Positions 31,529 through 40,862 of a stretch of 64,000 nt of DNA are shown here, in pieces. The DNA lies in the NCBI GenBank assembly GCA_963753595.1, contig CAVWCX010000023.1, positions 32,001 through 96,000 on the forward strand, given 5' to 3'. The DNA comes from Candidatus Methanoperedenaceae archaeon (GTDB lineage Archaea; Halobacteriota; Methanosarcinia; Methanosarcinales; Methanoperedenaceae). The notes beneath the pieces are model-generated. The model was not told the origin of the DNA. It was given only the letters and a program-made list of their open reading frames with translations, and made no database searches. A program made the position numbers and the translations under genes. How positions within the stretch are numbered: position 1 is the stretch's first letter; every line of letters begins with the position of its first letter.

Positions 31529-33702
31529 CTATTTTGTCAGGTCTTCAAGGCTTGAACCAGCTGGACTGGCCGCGACATCAGCTATTTCATCCCTGCCGGA
31601 CATACTGTCCGTTGTACTGTGTCCCTTCGTTTTCTTCTGATTGCCTTCAGGTTTGCGTTTCGAGGTCCTGGGTTCTGCAGTCTTATGTTCAATGCTGTTC
31701 AACTGGCTTGTGTTCAATAGTTTTGTGCTCAGGGGAAGGTCTATATTCGACCTTTGCCGGTTCATACCCGTGTTTTTGTTCTGTTACAGAATCATCGATT
31801 TTGAACCTGGCAACCTCTATCTGTAAGTCATTTGACAATTTTGCCATTTCCTGGGCTGCATTGACAAGCTGGTCCATAGTAGCTGCCTGCTCTTCTGCGG
31901 CTGCTGATGTTTCCTGTGTGCCCGCTGCGGATTGTTCGCTTATGGCTGATACATCTTCAACAGATGATGTTACTTCTTCAACCGATGCAGACTGCTCTTC
32001 GGCAGCTGCTGCTATTTCCTGTACCATTGTGGCAACGTCTGCTGCTGCCTTTACGATCAGGTTGATGCCGGTCACTGATTCTTTCTCCATGCTCTCAACA
32101 GCCTGCTTTGTGCCTTGCTGTATGCCTTTTATCAAATCGGTGATCTGATTTGCCGCGCCGCGGGATTCTTCGGCAAGTTTCCTGACCTCATCAGCAACTA
32201 CGGCAAAACCCCTGCCATGTTCTCCCGCACGTGCAGCTTCTATGGCGGCGTTTAAGGCCAGGAGGTTTGTCTGGTCTGCGATATTTGTTATCACGCCAAT
32301 GATTTCACCTATCTGCAGGGATTTATTATCAAGGTCTTTTATCAAAGTTGCGGACTTTGTCACATTAACCTGGACTTCCTGGGCAGTTTTATTAGCATTT
32401 GTTGCGCCATCAGCCGCTTTCTGGGAATTGACCGCAACCTGCTGGACGCTTTCTGACATCTCTTTCATGGCTCGGCTGATCTCTGCCATCTTTGTCGCCT
32501 GCGAGCTTACGCCTGTTGAAAGGTCCTGCGTGGTGCCTGATATCTGGTCAGTGGATGCTTTCATCTCTTCACTTGATGCAGAGAGTTCCTGGGCAGTGGA
32601 TGCCACATTCATTGCTGATTGCTGCACTTTTCCAAGTACTCCTTTTAAGCTATTGGCCATTGTCTGTATGGCGTTGGAAAGCTGCCCGACTTCATCTTTG
32701 GAGTCGTTAACAAGCTTTACTGTCAGGTCGCCTGCTGCAACCTTGTTGGCCGCCTGGAGCATTTCATCCATGGGTTTTGTGATCGCACGGGAGATATATA
32801 TCCCGATACCAATACCTGTTACTATAGCAACGATAGAGATAATTATGATCGTGGTTTTGGCGGTTGAATTAGTACTGGCCATTTCGGCAAGTGCTGCTGC
32901 TTCGTCAGTCTCTGCATCGGAAATTTTTCGAAGGCGGCCATGAGGCTCTATTCGTGAACGAAAGTTGTGAATTCAGTTGTTTTTGATGCTATCTTGGCAT
33001 CCGAATCCACAATCTTATCAAAAGCCGACTATACACATCAAGTTTGGCATTGATATCATCCTTTACATTTTGAGGCAATGTGCTTGCTGCGAGGTTTTTT
33101 TCAAGTATAATTTCATTATCATGCAATTTCTTCTGATACGCTACATCCTGCCTCATTATGTAATCTTTTTCATTTCTTCGCAATGTCAGCATATCGGCCA
33201 ATGAGCTGGTCATTATTCTGTTTCGTGATTTCTGCTTCAACAGCTGCACTGCGCTCCTCATTTCAACCTGCAGTCCCAGGTTTTCATCAAGGCCTTTTGT
33301 CTTAACGAGGTCAACAGTCTCAAGGAAATATTTTTCATAACCTTCAATATCGGTCACTATCTTTCCTGCTGACTCTTTTTCTGCCTGTGGGACATCAAGC
33401 GCCTGTATTGCATGGGCTTGCGTCTTAACATCTGCAACCGATGCTTTTACTTTATCCACATAAGTCAGGTCATGACGTGCAAAAAAGTCTTTCTCAGAAC
33501 GTCTTGCTTCAAGCATACTTACATCCATAGCAAGAGCTTTTTCTTTCATAGCGATCGTATTATCGATCACTTTTTTTGTTTCCTGGTCAACTGTACCAAG
33601 TGTGGTTATACTGACCACAGCTAATATTATGAGCAAAAGGCTGACAATGCCGAATCCGGCAAGAAGTTTCTTGCTTATTGACATATCTTTAATACTTACC
33701 AT
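31529..33702 (-). pseudogene. MCP with helical-bundle (HBM-like) sensor, several indels and a shortened signalling domain
   Basis: ORFs 32989-33702, 31689-32882 and 31529-31765 join into one MCP; MLEARRSEKDF and MLTLRRNEKDY sensor repeats. Confidence 0.8.
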
Positions 33703-33785
33703 TTTAGTTTATTCCTCCATTGATTATGATTTTATCTGAGAGTACGCCCCTTCAGACAATTTATATATAAAGACAAATCCACCTC

Positions 33786-33816
33786 TTTATAAACGGATTT
33801 GTGAAAAAGGTGTGAA
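33786..33816 (-). promoter_or_regulatory. Chemotaxis promoter element
   Basis: TTTATA-N8-TGTGAA-N5-TGTGAA. Confidence 0.65.
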
Positions 33817-33833
33817 TTATAGCGTTTAGCAAG

Positions 33834-33882
33834 ATGATATTAAAAAGCTATTAAAAACTATTTATATGATATCAAATTGCTA
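33834..33882. repeat. 11-bp-phased TTG(C/A)TA-like array A
   Basis: ATGATA, AAGCTA, AAACTA, ATGATA, TTGCTA with core at 33836, 33847, 33857, 33868, 33879. Confidence 0.5.
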
Positions 33883-34014
33883 ATAAAATCATTATATGAT
33901 TATTTGCATTGGGTAATAATAGCTTTTGCAGTTCATGAAGAGCATAAAGGAGGGATGATGCTTAATACATCATCAATAGGCGGTGAAAAAAAAGCTTTAA
34001 AGAGAATCCACCTG

Positions 34015-34045
34015 TTTATAGAAGATTGTATGAAAAAGATGTGAA
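34015..34045 (-). promoter_or_regulatory. Second, distal copy of the chemotaxis promoter element
   Basis: TTTATA-N8-TATGAA-N5-TGTGAA. Confidence 0.55.
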
Positions 34046-34069
34046 CGAAAAAAAAGAAAAAGCAACTTC

Positions 34070-34588
34070 TTAAGAAGTCGCTACTGCAGCTTCTGCTGCT
34101 ATGTTGTTTACATTGTGAAGTTCTTTTGCGCTGAGTATCTTATCAAGATCAAGGAGAATTAGCAGCCTGTCTTCCATCTTCCCAACGCCGCGCACGTATT
34201 CCGTGCCGATCTTATTGGCAATGACAGCCGGGGCCGGCTCAACACTGCTTTGCTGAAGGCGGATGACCTCACTCACTGAATCAACAATGAAACCCATTAC
34301 GGTCTCACCGATATCAGCAACAATGATACGGGTATTCTCATTCTGTTCTTTGCTTTCCATGCCCATTATCACATTGAGGTTTATCACAACGATTATCTTG
34401 CCTCGAAGGTTGATTATGCCCTTCACATAGCCCGATGCCTGCGGTATCTTTGTGATATTGGTCATGCGGATGATCTCCTGGACGTTCATGATCTCAACAC
34501 CGAACTCTTCAGTGCCGATATTAAAAACGACGAGCTGAAGCTCGTCGCCAGATTTTGCTTTTGCGTCCTGTGGTTGTTGTTCTGCCAT
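34070..34588 (-). CDS. cheW: Chemotaxis coupling protein CheW
   Basis: Near-identical to 31001-31519. Confidence 0.95.
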   Translation of the reverse strand: MAEQQPQDAKAKSGDELQLVVFNIGTEEFGVEIMNVQEIIRMTNITKIPQASGYVKGIINLRGKIIVVINLNVIMGMESKEQNENTRIIVADIGETVMGFIVDSVSEVIRLQQSSVEPAPAVIANKIGTEYVRGVGKMEDRLLILLDLDKILSAKELHNVNNIAAEAAVATS

Positions 34589-34597
34589 GGTGTCCTC

Positions 34598-36562
34598 CTA
34601 TTTTGTCAGGTCTTCAAGACTTGAACCGGGGGAATTCACCCCGACATCAGCCCTCTCATCCCTGCTGGACTTACTGTCCGCTGTACTGTGTCCCTTCGTT
34701 TTCTTCTGACTGCTTTCAGGTTTATTTTTCGCAGGCTTGCGTTCTGCAGTCTTGTGTTCAACTGTCCTGGGTTCGACTGTCTTGTGCTCAACAGTTTTGT
34801 GTTCAGGTTTATACTCGACCCTTGGTGGTTCATAATGTTTCTGTTCTGTTACAGATTCATCGATTTTAAACCTGGCAACCTCGACCTGCAAATCATTTGA
34901 GAGTTGGGCCATACTCTGGGCAGCACTTACAAGCTGTTCCATTGTAGCTGCCTGCTCTTCTGCGGCGGCTGATGTTTCCTGTGTGCCTGCCGCTGATTGC
35001 TCGCTAATGGCTGATACATCCTCAACAGACGCTGTTACTTCTTCAACCGAGGCAGACTGCTCTTCGGCCGCTGCTGCTATTTCCTGTACCATTGTGGCAA
35101 CGTCTGCTGCTGCTTTGACGATCTCATCTATTGCAGTCACAGTATCCGCTATGTTCTTTGCGCCTTCGCCTACTGTCTTTGTGCCCTGTTCCATTGAGGT
35201 TACAGCCTGTTTTGTGCCCTGCTGTATATCTTTTATCAATCCTGTGATCTGGTTGGCAGCGCCGCGGGATTCTTCAGCGAGTTTCCTTACTTCATCTGCA
35301 ACTACCGCAAAGCCTCGGCCATGTTCTCCTGCACGTGCAGCTTCTATTGCTGCGTTTAAGGCCAGGAGGTTTGTCTGGTCTGCGATATTGGTGATTACAC
35401 CGATAATTTCACCGATCTGCTGCGATTTGCCATCCAGCTGTTTAATGACAGTTGCTGAATCATCCACAGTTGACTGGATCTCTGACATCTTTTTGGCAAC
35501 ATCGTCTGACATCTTACCCACCTTCTGGGCTGTCACGCTGGCTGAATTTGCGCCTTCTGCTGCCTTCTGGGAGTTGCCTGCGACCTGCTGGACGCTTTCT
35601 GACATCTCCTTCATGGCGCGGCTGATCTCTGCCATCTTGGATGCCTGTGAACTTACACCAGTTGCAATATCCTGCGTGGTGTTTGATATCTGGTCAGTGG
35701 ATGCTTTCATCTCTTCACTTGATGCTGAGAGTTCCTGGGCAGTGGATGACACATTCATTGCTGATTGCTGCACTTTTCCAAGCACTCCTTTTAAGCTATT
35801 TGCCATTGTCTGTATGGCGTTGGAAAGCTGCCCGACTTCATCTTTTGAGTCGTTAACAAGCTGTACTGTAAGGTCACCTGCTGCAACTTTGTTCGTGGCA
35901 TTAAGCATTGCATCAATGGGTTTTGTGATAGAACGGGAGATGTAGAAACCGATACCTATTCCAATGATTGCTGCTATTATGGCTACTGATAAGATTAGCA
36001 AAGTTGCATTTGAACCGTCAGCAGCAGCATGTTCTTCCGCCTCATTCATCTGGGTTACCTGCATGCTTTCAAATTCAGCAAGAGCTTTATTCAACTTTAT
36101 TCTGGTTTCATCATATCCTAGCATGGCAGTATCTACCCCAGCATCCTGTTTGTATCCAGCTGCTGTGATCGCATCCCATAGCTTCTGTCCTGCCTGTTTA
36201 TTTTCACTCGTCAATGTTTCTATCGTCGCTATATCCTGTTTTTCTTCTGCAGTTAAGGACATTGCTAATATTTTTGATTTATACGTCTCAAAATCTTGAT
36301 AGGCTTTATCCTGCTCCTTTTTAGCATCAGGATTTGCAAGGAGATGTTCAATATAGGCATCATTTGCTTGCATATTGGCATCTTTGAGGTCCTTTACAGC
36401 AATAGTCATAACTACATGATCCCCAGTAATTTCATTGAGTTCAGTAGTTATTTTACTAATACCATTATACCCAACATAACCTACAATAGTAAGAAGTAAT
36501 ACAACGAGAACAAACCCGCCGATCAACTTCTTGCTTATTGACATATCTTTAATACTTACCAT
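34598..36562 (-). CDS. MCP with four-helix-bundle sensor and long C-terminal tail
   Basis: TM, ~150-aa helical sensor, TM, HAMP, signalling hairpin; VEHKT repeats; ends GSSLEDLTK. Confidence 0.95.
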   Translation of the reverse strand: MVSIKDMSISKKLIGGFVLVVLLLTIVGYVGYNGISKITTELNEITGDHVVMTIAVKDLKDANMQANDAYIEHLLANPDAKKEQDKAYQDFETYKSKILAMSLTAEEKQDIATIETLTSENKQAGQKLWDAITAAGYKQDAGVDTAMLGYDETRIKLNKALAEFESMQVTQMNEAEEHAAADGSNATLLILSVAIIAAIIGIGIGFYISRSITKPIDAMLNATNKVAAGDLTVQLVNDSKDEVGQLSNAIQTMANSLKGVLGKVQQSAMNVSSTAQELSASSEEMKASTDQISNTTQDIATGVSSQASKMAEISRAMKEMSESVQQVAGNSQKAAEGANSASVTAQKVGKMSDDVAKKMSEIQSTVDDSATVIKQLDGKSQQIGEIIGVITNIADQTNLLALNAAIEAARAGEHGRGFAVVADEVRKLAEESRGAANQITGLIKDIQQGTKQAVTSMEQGTKTVGEGAKNIADTVTAIDEIVKAAADVATMVQEIAAAAEEQSASVEEVTASVEDVSAISEQSAAGTQETSAAAEEQAATMEQLVSAAQSMAQLSNDLQVEVARFKIDESVTEQKHYEPPRVEYKPEHKTVEHKTVEPRTVEHKTAERKPAKNKPESSQKKTKGHSTADSKSSRDERADVGVNSPGSSLEDLTK

Positions 36563-36647
36563 TTTAGATTATTCCTCCATTGATTATGATTTTATCTGAG
36601 AGTATGCCCCTTCAGATTGATCCTGAATATCAAGAGAAATCCACCTG

Positions 36648-36678
36648 TTTATAAACGGATTTGTGAAAAAGGTGTGAA
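36648..36678 (-). promoter_or_regulatory. Chemotaxis promoter element
   Basis: TTTATA-N8-TGTGAA-N5-TGTGAA. Confidence 0.65.
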
Positions 36679-36755
36679 CTCGATGGTGCTTTTTGAGAAA
36701 AAGGCTATTTTTGGTGTTAGAAATTTAGCTGTCGGAACATTTCCCGGGCGAAATA

Positions 36756-36849
36756 TTGCAGAATTATTGATATCTTATTGCTAGAAAAACGATATTAAAT
36801 GCTATATTTCTACTACCATATTGCTAAATCGATAGCTATAGCAATGATA
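36756..36849. repeat. 11-bp-phased TTG(C/A)TA array B (9 units)
   Basis: Core at 36758, 36769, 36780, 36791, 36801, 36812, 36823, 36835, 36846. Confidence 0.6.
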
Positions 36850-36874
36850 ATGAAATATTTGAAAATAGGAAACT

Positions 36875-37022
36875 GCAGATTCCGAGTCGCGCCGGAAGGG
36901 CGCAAACACAATGCCTGCGGGATTATGTAGGCACACTATCGACTGGCGTGGCAGTCGACGTGTATCCTGCTCCCGAAGGGTAATCGGCGCCGATAAACGC
37001 GGATTCGTGATAGGGTATCTGC
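36875..37022 (+). other. GC-rich multi-hairpin element (candidate structured RNA or nested REP relic)
   Basis: GCAGAU/AUCUGC closing stem; GCGCC/GGCGC, UGCCUGCG/UGUAGGCA, UCGACUG/CAGUCGA hairpins; palindrome ATCGGCGCCGAT. Confidence 0.4.
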
Positions 37023-37116
37023 GTCAGGCTGTGTGAAAAGTAATAAAAAATAACATTGAAATTGATAATTGTATTATTTATCACCCCATATCCCGGATTC
37101 CTTGATTGATTTTTTC

Positions 37117-37201
37117 AAGCTAGTTTTTTCAGCTATTCTTGCTAATTTGTTAGCTAGCAAATTGCTATTCAACCATAGTTTTGATATAGCAAATTATTAG
37201 C
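37117..37201. repeat. GCTA/TAGC phased array C
   Basis: GCTA at 37119, 37132, 37141, 37153, 37164; TAGC at 37151, 37155, 37187, 37198. Confidence 0.55.
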
Positions 37202-37285
37202 ATTGATCCATTCAAAGGAATTGATGGTAAATTAAAACAGTTATTATTAAATCGAAATCAATTAAAAAATGATGAAAAAAATCTC

Positions 37286-37726
37286 TTATTTTCTTTTATT
37301 TGGCCTGAATCCTTCAAGGAAACTCGGAAGTTCTGTAGCTCTGCTTTTCTCTACTAATTTTGGTATCTCGTTAAATGAGGGTTTTTCCAGGCGACGATCA
37401 AATCCCGGTTCCTCTTTGCGAATATTGGGTAATTCAACTATTGGGTCGCTAACAATGACTTTCCTTACTGCCGGAGGTTCTTTTTTGGGGATCTTTGCTG
37501 CCTCAATAGTCTTATTATCCTTACTCGCTTTGCCTTTGATCTTGCCGTCAGAATAATAAGAATCAGGTGTTTTGATACCCAATGTTGAAGCTTTGGTCAC
37601 GAGGTCATTATATTCTCTTAAAACCCAGCCAATTTCAGAATGGTTCTTTAGCCCCACTTCAAAGCCAAGCTCATATATTTTCTTTAAAACCTCGGCTTTT
37701 TCCTTTTCTGTGCTTTTACTGGTAAT
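37286..37726 (-). CDS. Basic hypothetical protein downstream of the KaiC-like gene; probable ATT start
   Basis: Frame open 23 codons upstream of the first GTG (37657) back to ATT, with AGGGG 8 nt upstream; YELGFEVG..NHSEIGWV block spans the GTG. Confidence 0.6.
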   Translation of the reverse strand: MTSKSTEKEKAEVLKKIYELGFEVGLKNHSEIGWVLREYNDLVTKASTLGIKTPDSYYSDGKIKGKASKDNKTIEAAKIPKKEPPAVRKVIVSDPIVELPNIRKEEPGFDRRLEKPSFNEIPKLVEKSRATELPSFLEGFRPNKRK

Positions 37727-37743
37727 ACCTAAAACCCCTTAGT

Positions 37744-38496
37744 TTACTTTTTAATCGGTTTTCCAACTTTTAAACCTTTATCAGAAAAGTCAATGGATCG
37801 CATTTCACAATCATGCTTTGTTCCACGCATTTTTATGATCTGCAAAGCACGGACCATACTTCCCTGCTTATCCATGTAATTATGCAGGAATATCACACCA
37901 TGAGATGCGAATTGTTCTATTGTATAAGCATCAGGTTTTGTAAGTTCGGATAGCAGGAAAGTTGTACATCCAAGAGTTTTCAGATTACGGATGAACCTGC
38001 CTATGGAACGCTCTTCAGCTGCAGGATTTTGTGTAGTGAACCTGATCGAAGATAAAGAGTCGATGACCAATCTCTTAATTCCGAACTGCTGTACCTGTTT
38101 TTCCACCTCTTTGAATACAGAAAATGGAGTAGGCGCTTGATTCGCAGGGGTGTCCCCTGATTGCTGGTGATAATCGGGAGTGATAACATTTGAAATCTCA
38201 TCATATTCCCCATAATTTGCAGAAGGACCAAGGTCTATAAAAAACAATTTTTTATTCTTGATAAGATCACCAATCGGTAGATTATATCTAGACATGTCTT
38301 CTACAATTGTTCCGATACTCTCGGATAATGCAAGGTATGCTCCCGCTTCTCCTTCCAGCGCCCCTGCCACAAGAAATTGGACGCCAAAAGTAGTCTTGCC
38401 GCTCCCCGGGGAACCGCTCAATAAGTATTGTCTTTCACGCAGCAATCCTCCTTCGACCAACGCATCAAATCCTTCAATTCCTGATTTTATTCTCAT
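37744..38496 (-). CDS. Single-domain KaiC/RAD55-family ATPase
   Basis: SGIEGFDALVEGG, GSPGSGKTT, LVIDSLS, IIKMRGTKH. Confidence 0.9.
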   Translation of the reverse strand: MRIKSGIEGFDALVEGGLLRERQYLLSGSPGSGKTTFGVQFLVAGALEGEAGAYLALSESIGTIVEDMSRYNLPIGDLIKNKKLFFIDLGPSANYGEYDEISNVITPDYHQQSGDTPANQAPTPFSVFKEVEKQVQQFGIKRLVIDSLSSIRFTTQNPAAEERSIGRFIRNLKTLGCTTFLLSELTKPDAYTIEQFASHGVIFLHNYMDKQGSMVRALQIIKMRGTKHDCEMRSIDFSDKGLKVGKPIKK

Positions 38497-38540
38497 AATA
38501 AGCCTCGTAATAGCTAAGTATACGTGTTTAATTTTTTCTG

Positions 38541-38571
38541 TATATAAACACAGTTGTGAAAAGTGTGTGAA
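38541..38571 (-). promoter_or_regulatory. Chemotaxis promoter element upstream of the KaiC-like gene
   Basis: TATATA-N8-TGTGAA-N5-TGTGAA, same spacing as the MCP promoters. Confidence 0.65.
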
Positions 38572-38660
38572 TTATCCTTAATAACCTGTACTATCAAAAC
38601 TATACTAAATATAATAACCCCCACTAAAATAATAACAAAAAAATATATACAAGGTGAAAA

Positions 38661-39842
38661 ATGTTTGAGGATATTTCAGAAAAATTAAAAAAATTTAAGA
38701 TGCCTGAAGAGTCCCTCATAAAGAAGATCGAGCGCATCAAGAAGACTCCAGATGCCGGAAATTCATCTACTACTCCTACAGTTCCTTCTTCTGAACCTGG
38801 TACGGGCACTGATCCTGGCAGTGGTCCTGCATCACCAAATGCACCCGATATTACAGAGCAGGTCAAGAAAGCCCAGGAGGAAATGACCCAGAAGATCGAA
38901 GAAATTATCAAATCTAAAACAGACCAGCTGAATTCAAGTGGAGAAGCCATTAAAGAATTTGATGTTAAAATAAACAAACTGGAGGGCGCTGTTTCGAACA
39001 CCAAAACTGCAGTTGGTGAATTTAAAGACAGGCTGGATAAAATAGATGAAAGTCTTCTAGAATTATTATCATTATATGAAGTCGTTTCAAGTACTGTAAA
39101 TCCCTTTGTAGGGGATAAGGGAATGGTTCCCAACGAGAAGTTGGATCAACTCGAGAAAAGAATTGATGTTATAAGCCAGAAACCGTCTGAAATCCCTGCA
39201 AATATCAAAGAAGAATATGATATTAAATTTAAAGCGCTTGAAGGGAGCCTGGAGGAGTTAACGCAGTTCATAGATTCAGCCCCGTTAAATCAGGAAGATA
39301 TGATCAAGAATGTTGCAGAGCAGGTAATGGAAAGAATAAAACCCATGATCGAACAAATAAAACCAATGATCGAACAACAACTGCAACAAACTGCGGCTGC
39401 ACAAGCATCGGCATTGCCCATCACACCTGATAATATGGGTTCTATGGATAATATGGATAATATCTCTCCTGGTTCACGATATAATGATGAAAATATAAAA
39501 CTGCAATATCTCGATAATAAAGCTGAAACTTCGATAATACTATTGAATTGGATTGAATTCTTACTGGAAAAGGTAGGAAGGAACAATCTCTCTGAGGTCC
39601 TTGAGTATTATATTGATATAGGCTGGATAAGCGAGGAAGTCTGCGAGAAAATGATAGCATATGCTAACGGCATAGATTATTATGTTGAAAGGCCCACCTG
39701 GAAACTGCTTCCCGACGACCATACAAGATCTTTGATGTTCATAGAACAGCTCAAGGGTAAGAAACTTGATAAGTCCATGCTATCAAAACTCGAAAGGGAT
39801 GTTGAAAAAGTAATCCGGACAAATGAAGTGTATGTTTCATGA
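38661..39842 (+). CDS. Archaellum accessory protein, ArlC-D/E fusion-like
   Basis: FlaC-like LLSLYEVVSSTVNPFV after a coiled coil; C-terminal FlaD/E WIEFLLEKVG..L.YYIDIGWIS...L.PDDH.RSL.FIE. Confidence 0.8.
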   Translation: MFEDISEKLKKFKMPEESLIKKIERIKKTPDAGNSSTTPTVPSSEPGTGTDPGSGPASPNAPDITEQVKKAQEEMTQKIEEIIKSKTDQLNSSGEAIKEFDVKINKLEGAVSNTKTAVGEFKDRLDKIDESLLELLSLYEVVSSTVNPFVGDKGMVPNEKLDQLEKRIDVISQKPSEIPANIKEEYDIKFKALEGSLEELTQFIDSAPLNQEDMIKNVAEQVMERIKPMIEQIKPMIEQQLQQTAAAQASALPITPDNMGSMDNMDNISPGSRYNDENIKLQYLDNKAETSIILLNWIEFLLEKVGRNNLSEVLEYYIDIGWISEEVCEKMIAYANGIDYYVERPTWKLLPDDHTRSLMFIEQLKGKKLDKSMLSKLERDVEKVIRTNEVYVS

Positions 39843-39912
39843 TAGCTTGATCCTTGGCTATTTGATAGTAATTAGATAGCAATTACATATCAATTACTTA
39901 GAATCAATATCA
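39843..39912. repeat. 11-bp-phased TA(G/T)CAA array D (reverse orientation)
   Basis: TAGTAA 39866, TAGCAA 39877, TATCAA 39888, TAGAAT 39899. Confidence 0.5.
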
Positions 39913-40308
39913 TAATTCATTATCAAGGGCATTATTCACCATGCTATCAGTATAGCTATTTTCATCCCTTTTGATCCATTTGAAATCAATTTTCTTGAAA
40001 GTCCCGCATAATTTCCTGGCTTCGTTGAATAAAGGGATGAGATTTTCACTTTTAACCTTGTACCGCCCCGATATCTGCCTTATTATAAGCTGGCTGTCCC
40101 CTCTGACTTCAAGCTCTTTACATGCATGAGCATGTGCGAGCTTTAATCCCTCAATCAGCGCGTTCCACTCCGCAATATTGTTTGTCCCGATACCGATATT
40201 TTTTGAGATTTCACCTACTTTCTTCCCATCTTCCAATAACACCGCACCAATCGCCATCGGCCCGGGGTTTCCGCGGCATCCCCCGTCAAAGAACAATATG
40301 CAGCTCAT
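39910..40308 (-). CDS. rnhA: Ribonuclease HI (archaeal type)
   Basis: FDGGCRGNPG, TNNIAEWNALI, GDSQLII, WIKRDENSYTD. Confidence 0.9.
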   Translation of the reverse strand: MSCILFFDGGCRGNPGPMAIGAVLLEDGKKVGEISKNIGIGTNNIAEWNALIEGLKLAHAHACKELEVRGDSQLIIRQISGRYKVKSENLIPLFNEARKLCGTFKKIDFKWIKRDENSYTDSMVNNALDNEL

Positions 40309-40862
40309 ATCGGGATATCCCATAGCGGGTACCAGCGCTCTGTTTCTTTTTCTATCGGCAGTTCTTTTTCCATAATAGAGCGAAGCCTGAATTCATATGA
40401 TGAATCTCTTTTTTTCCCGTCAGGCACAAATGGATAATATTTTCCCTGCTTGAAGTTATAAATCCAGAAAACTTCTTTTTCTCCTTTGAATTTAAAAACC
40501 GCACACAACAACTGTTCACCAAAACCGTTGTCTGTAAGGGTCTCACTTACCATATAGATGGTGCTTACAAGATCTTCAAAATCCGGGTCGGAGAGGATGA
40601 CCCACAGATACCCATAAGAATCTTTTTTCATATTATGAAGGGTATTTGTTTCTTTGCAGCTTTGTTGCAGCAATTGGTTTATTTCAAGTTCCGCATTCTG
40701 GAACCCTGAAGCTTCAAGCGGCTTGAAACAAATACCGGCGCCGTTAGATGTCATGCCAAGATTGGAACTCAAAGTTACGTAAGCTGTTGACATGGCAAAA
40801 AGTTTATCCGATTTTGGCTTTGGAAGTTTACTTTTACCAAGAAGCGTATCAAGGAAACCCAT
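40305..40862 (-). CDS. PspA-associated protein PspAB-like
   Basis: MGFLDTLLG, LFAMSTA, DSYGY.W, YNFKQG.YYPF, WYPLWD; follows htpX. Confidence 0.7.
   Translation of the reverse strand: MGFLDTLLGKSKLPKPKSDKLFAMSTAYVTLSSNLGMTSNGAGICFKPLEASGFQNAELEINQLLQQSCKETNTLHNMKKDSYGYLWVILSDPDFEDLVSTIYMVSETLTDNGFGEQLLCAVFKFKGEKEVFWIYNFKQGKYYPFVPDGKKRDSSYEFRLRSIMEKELPIEKETERWYPLWDIPI

Noticed and set aside
32880-33260. Hypervariable or DGR-like target in the MCP sensor region
   Set aside because: Changes are clustered indels rather than adenine-specific substitutions; no reverse transcriptase or template repeat in the window; likely low-quality consensus or decay
37744-38496. Circadian clock KaiC
   Set aside because: Single domain and no kaiA/kaiB; belongs to the broad archaeal KaiC/RAD55-like family
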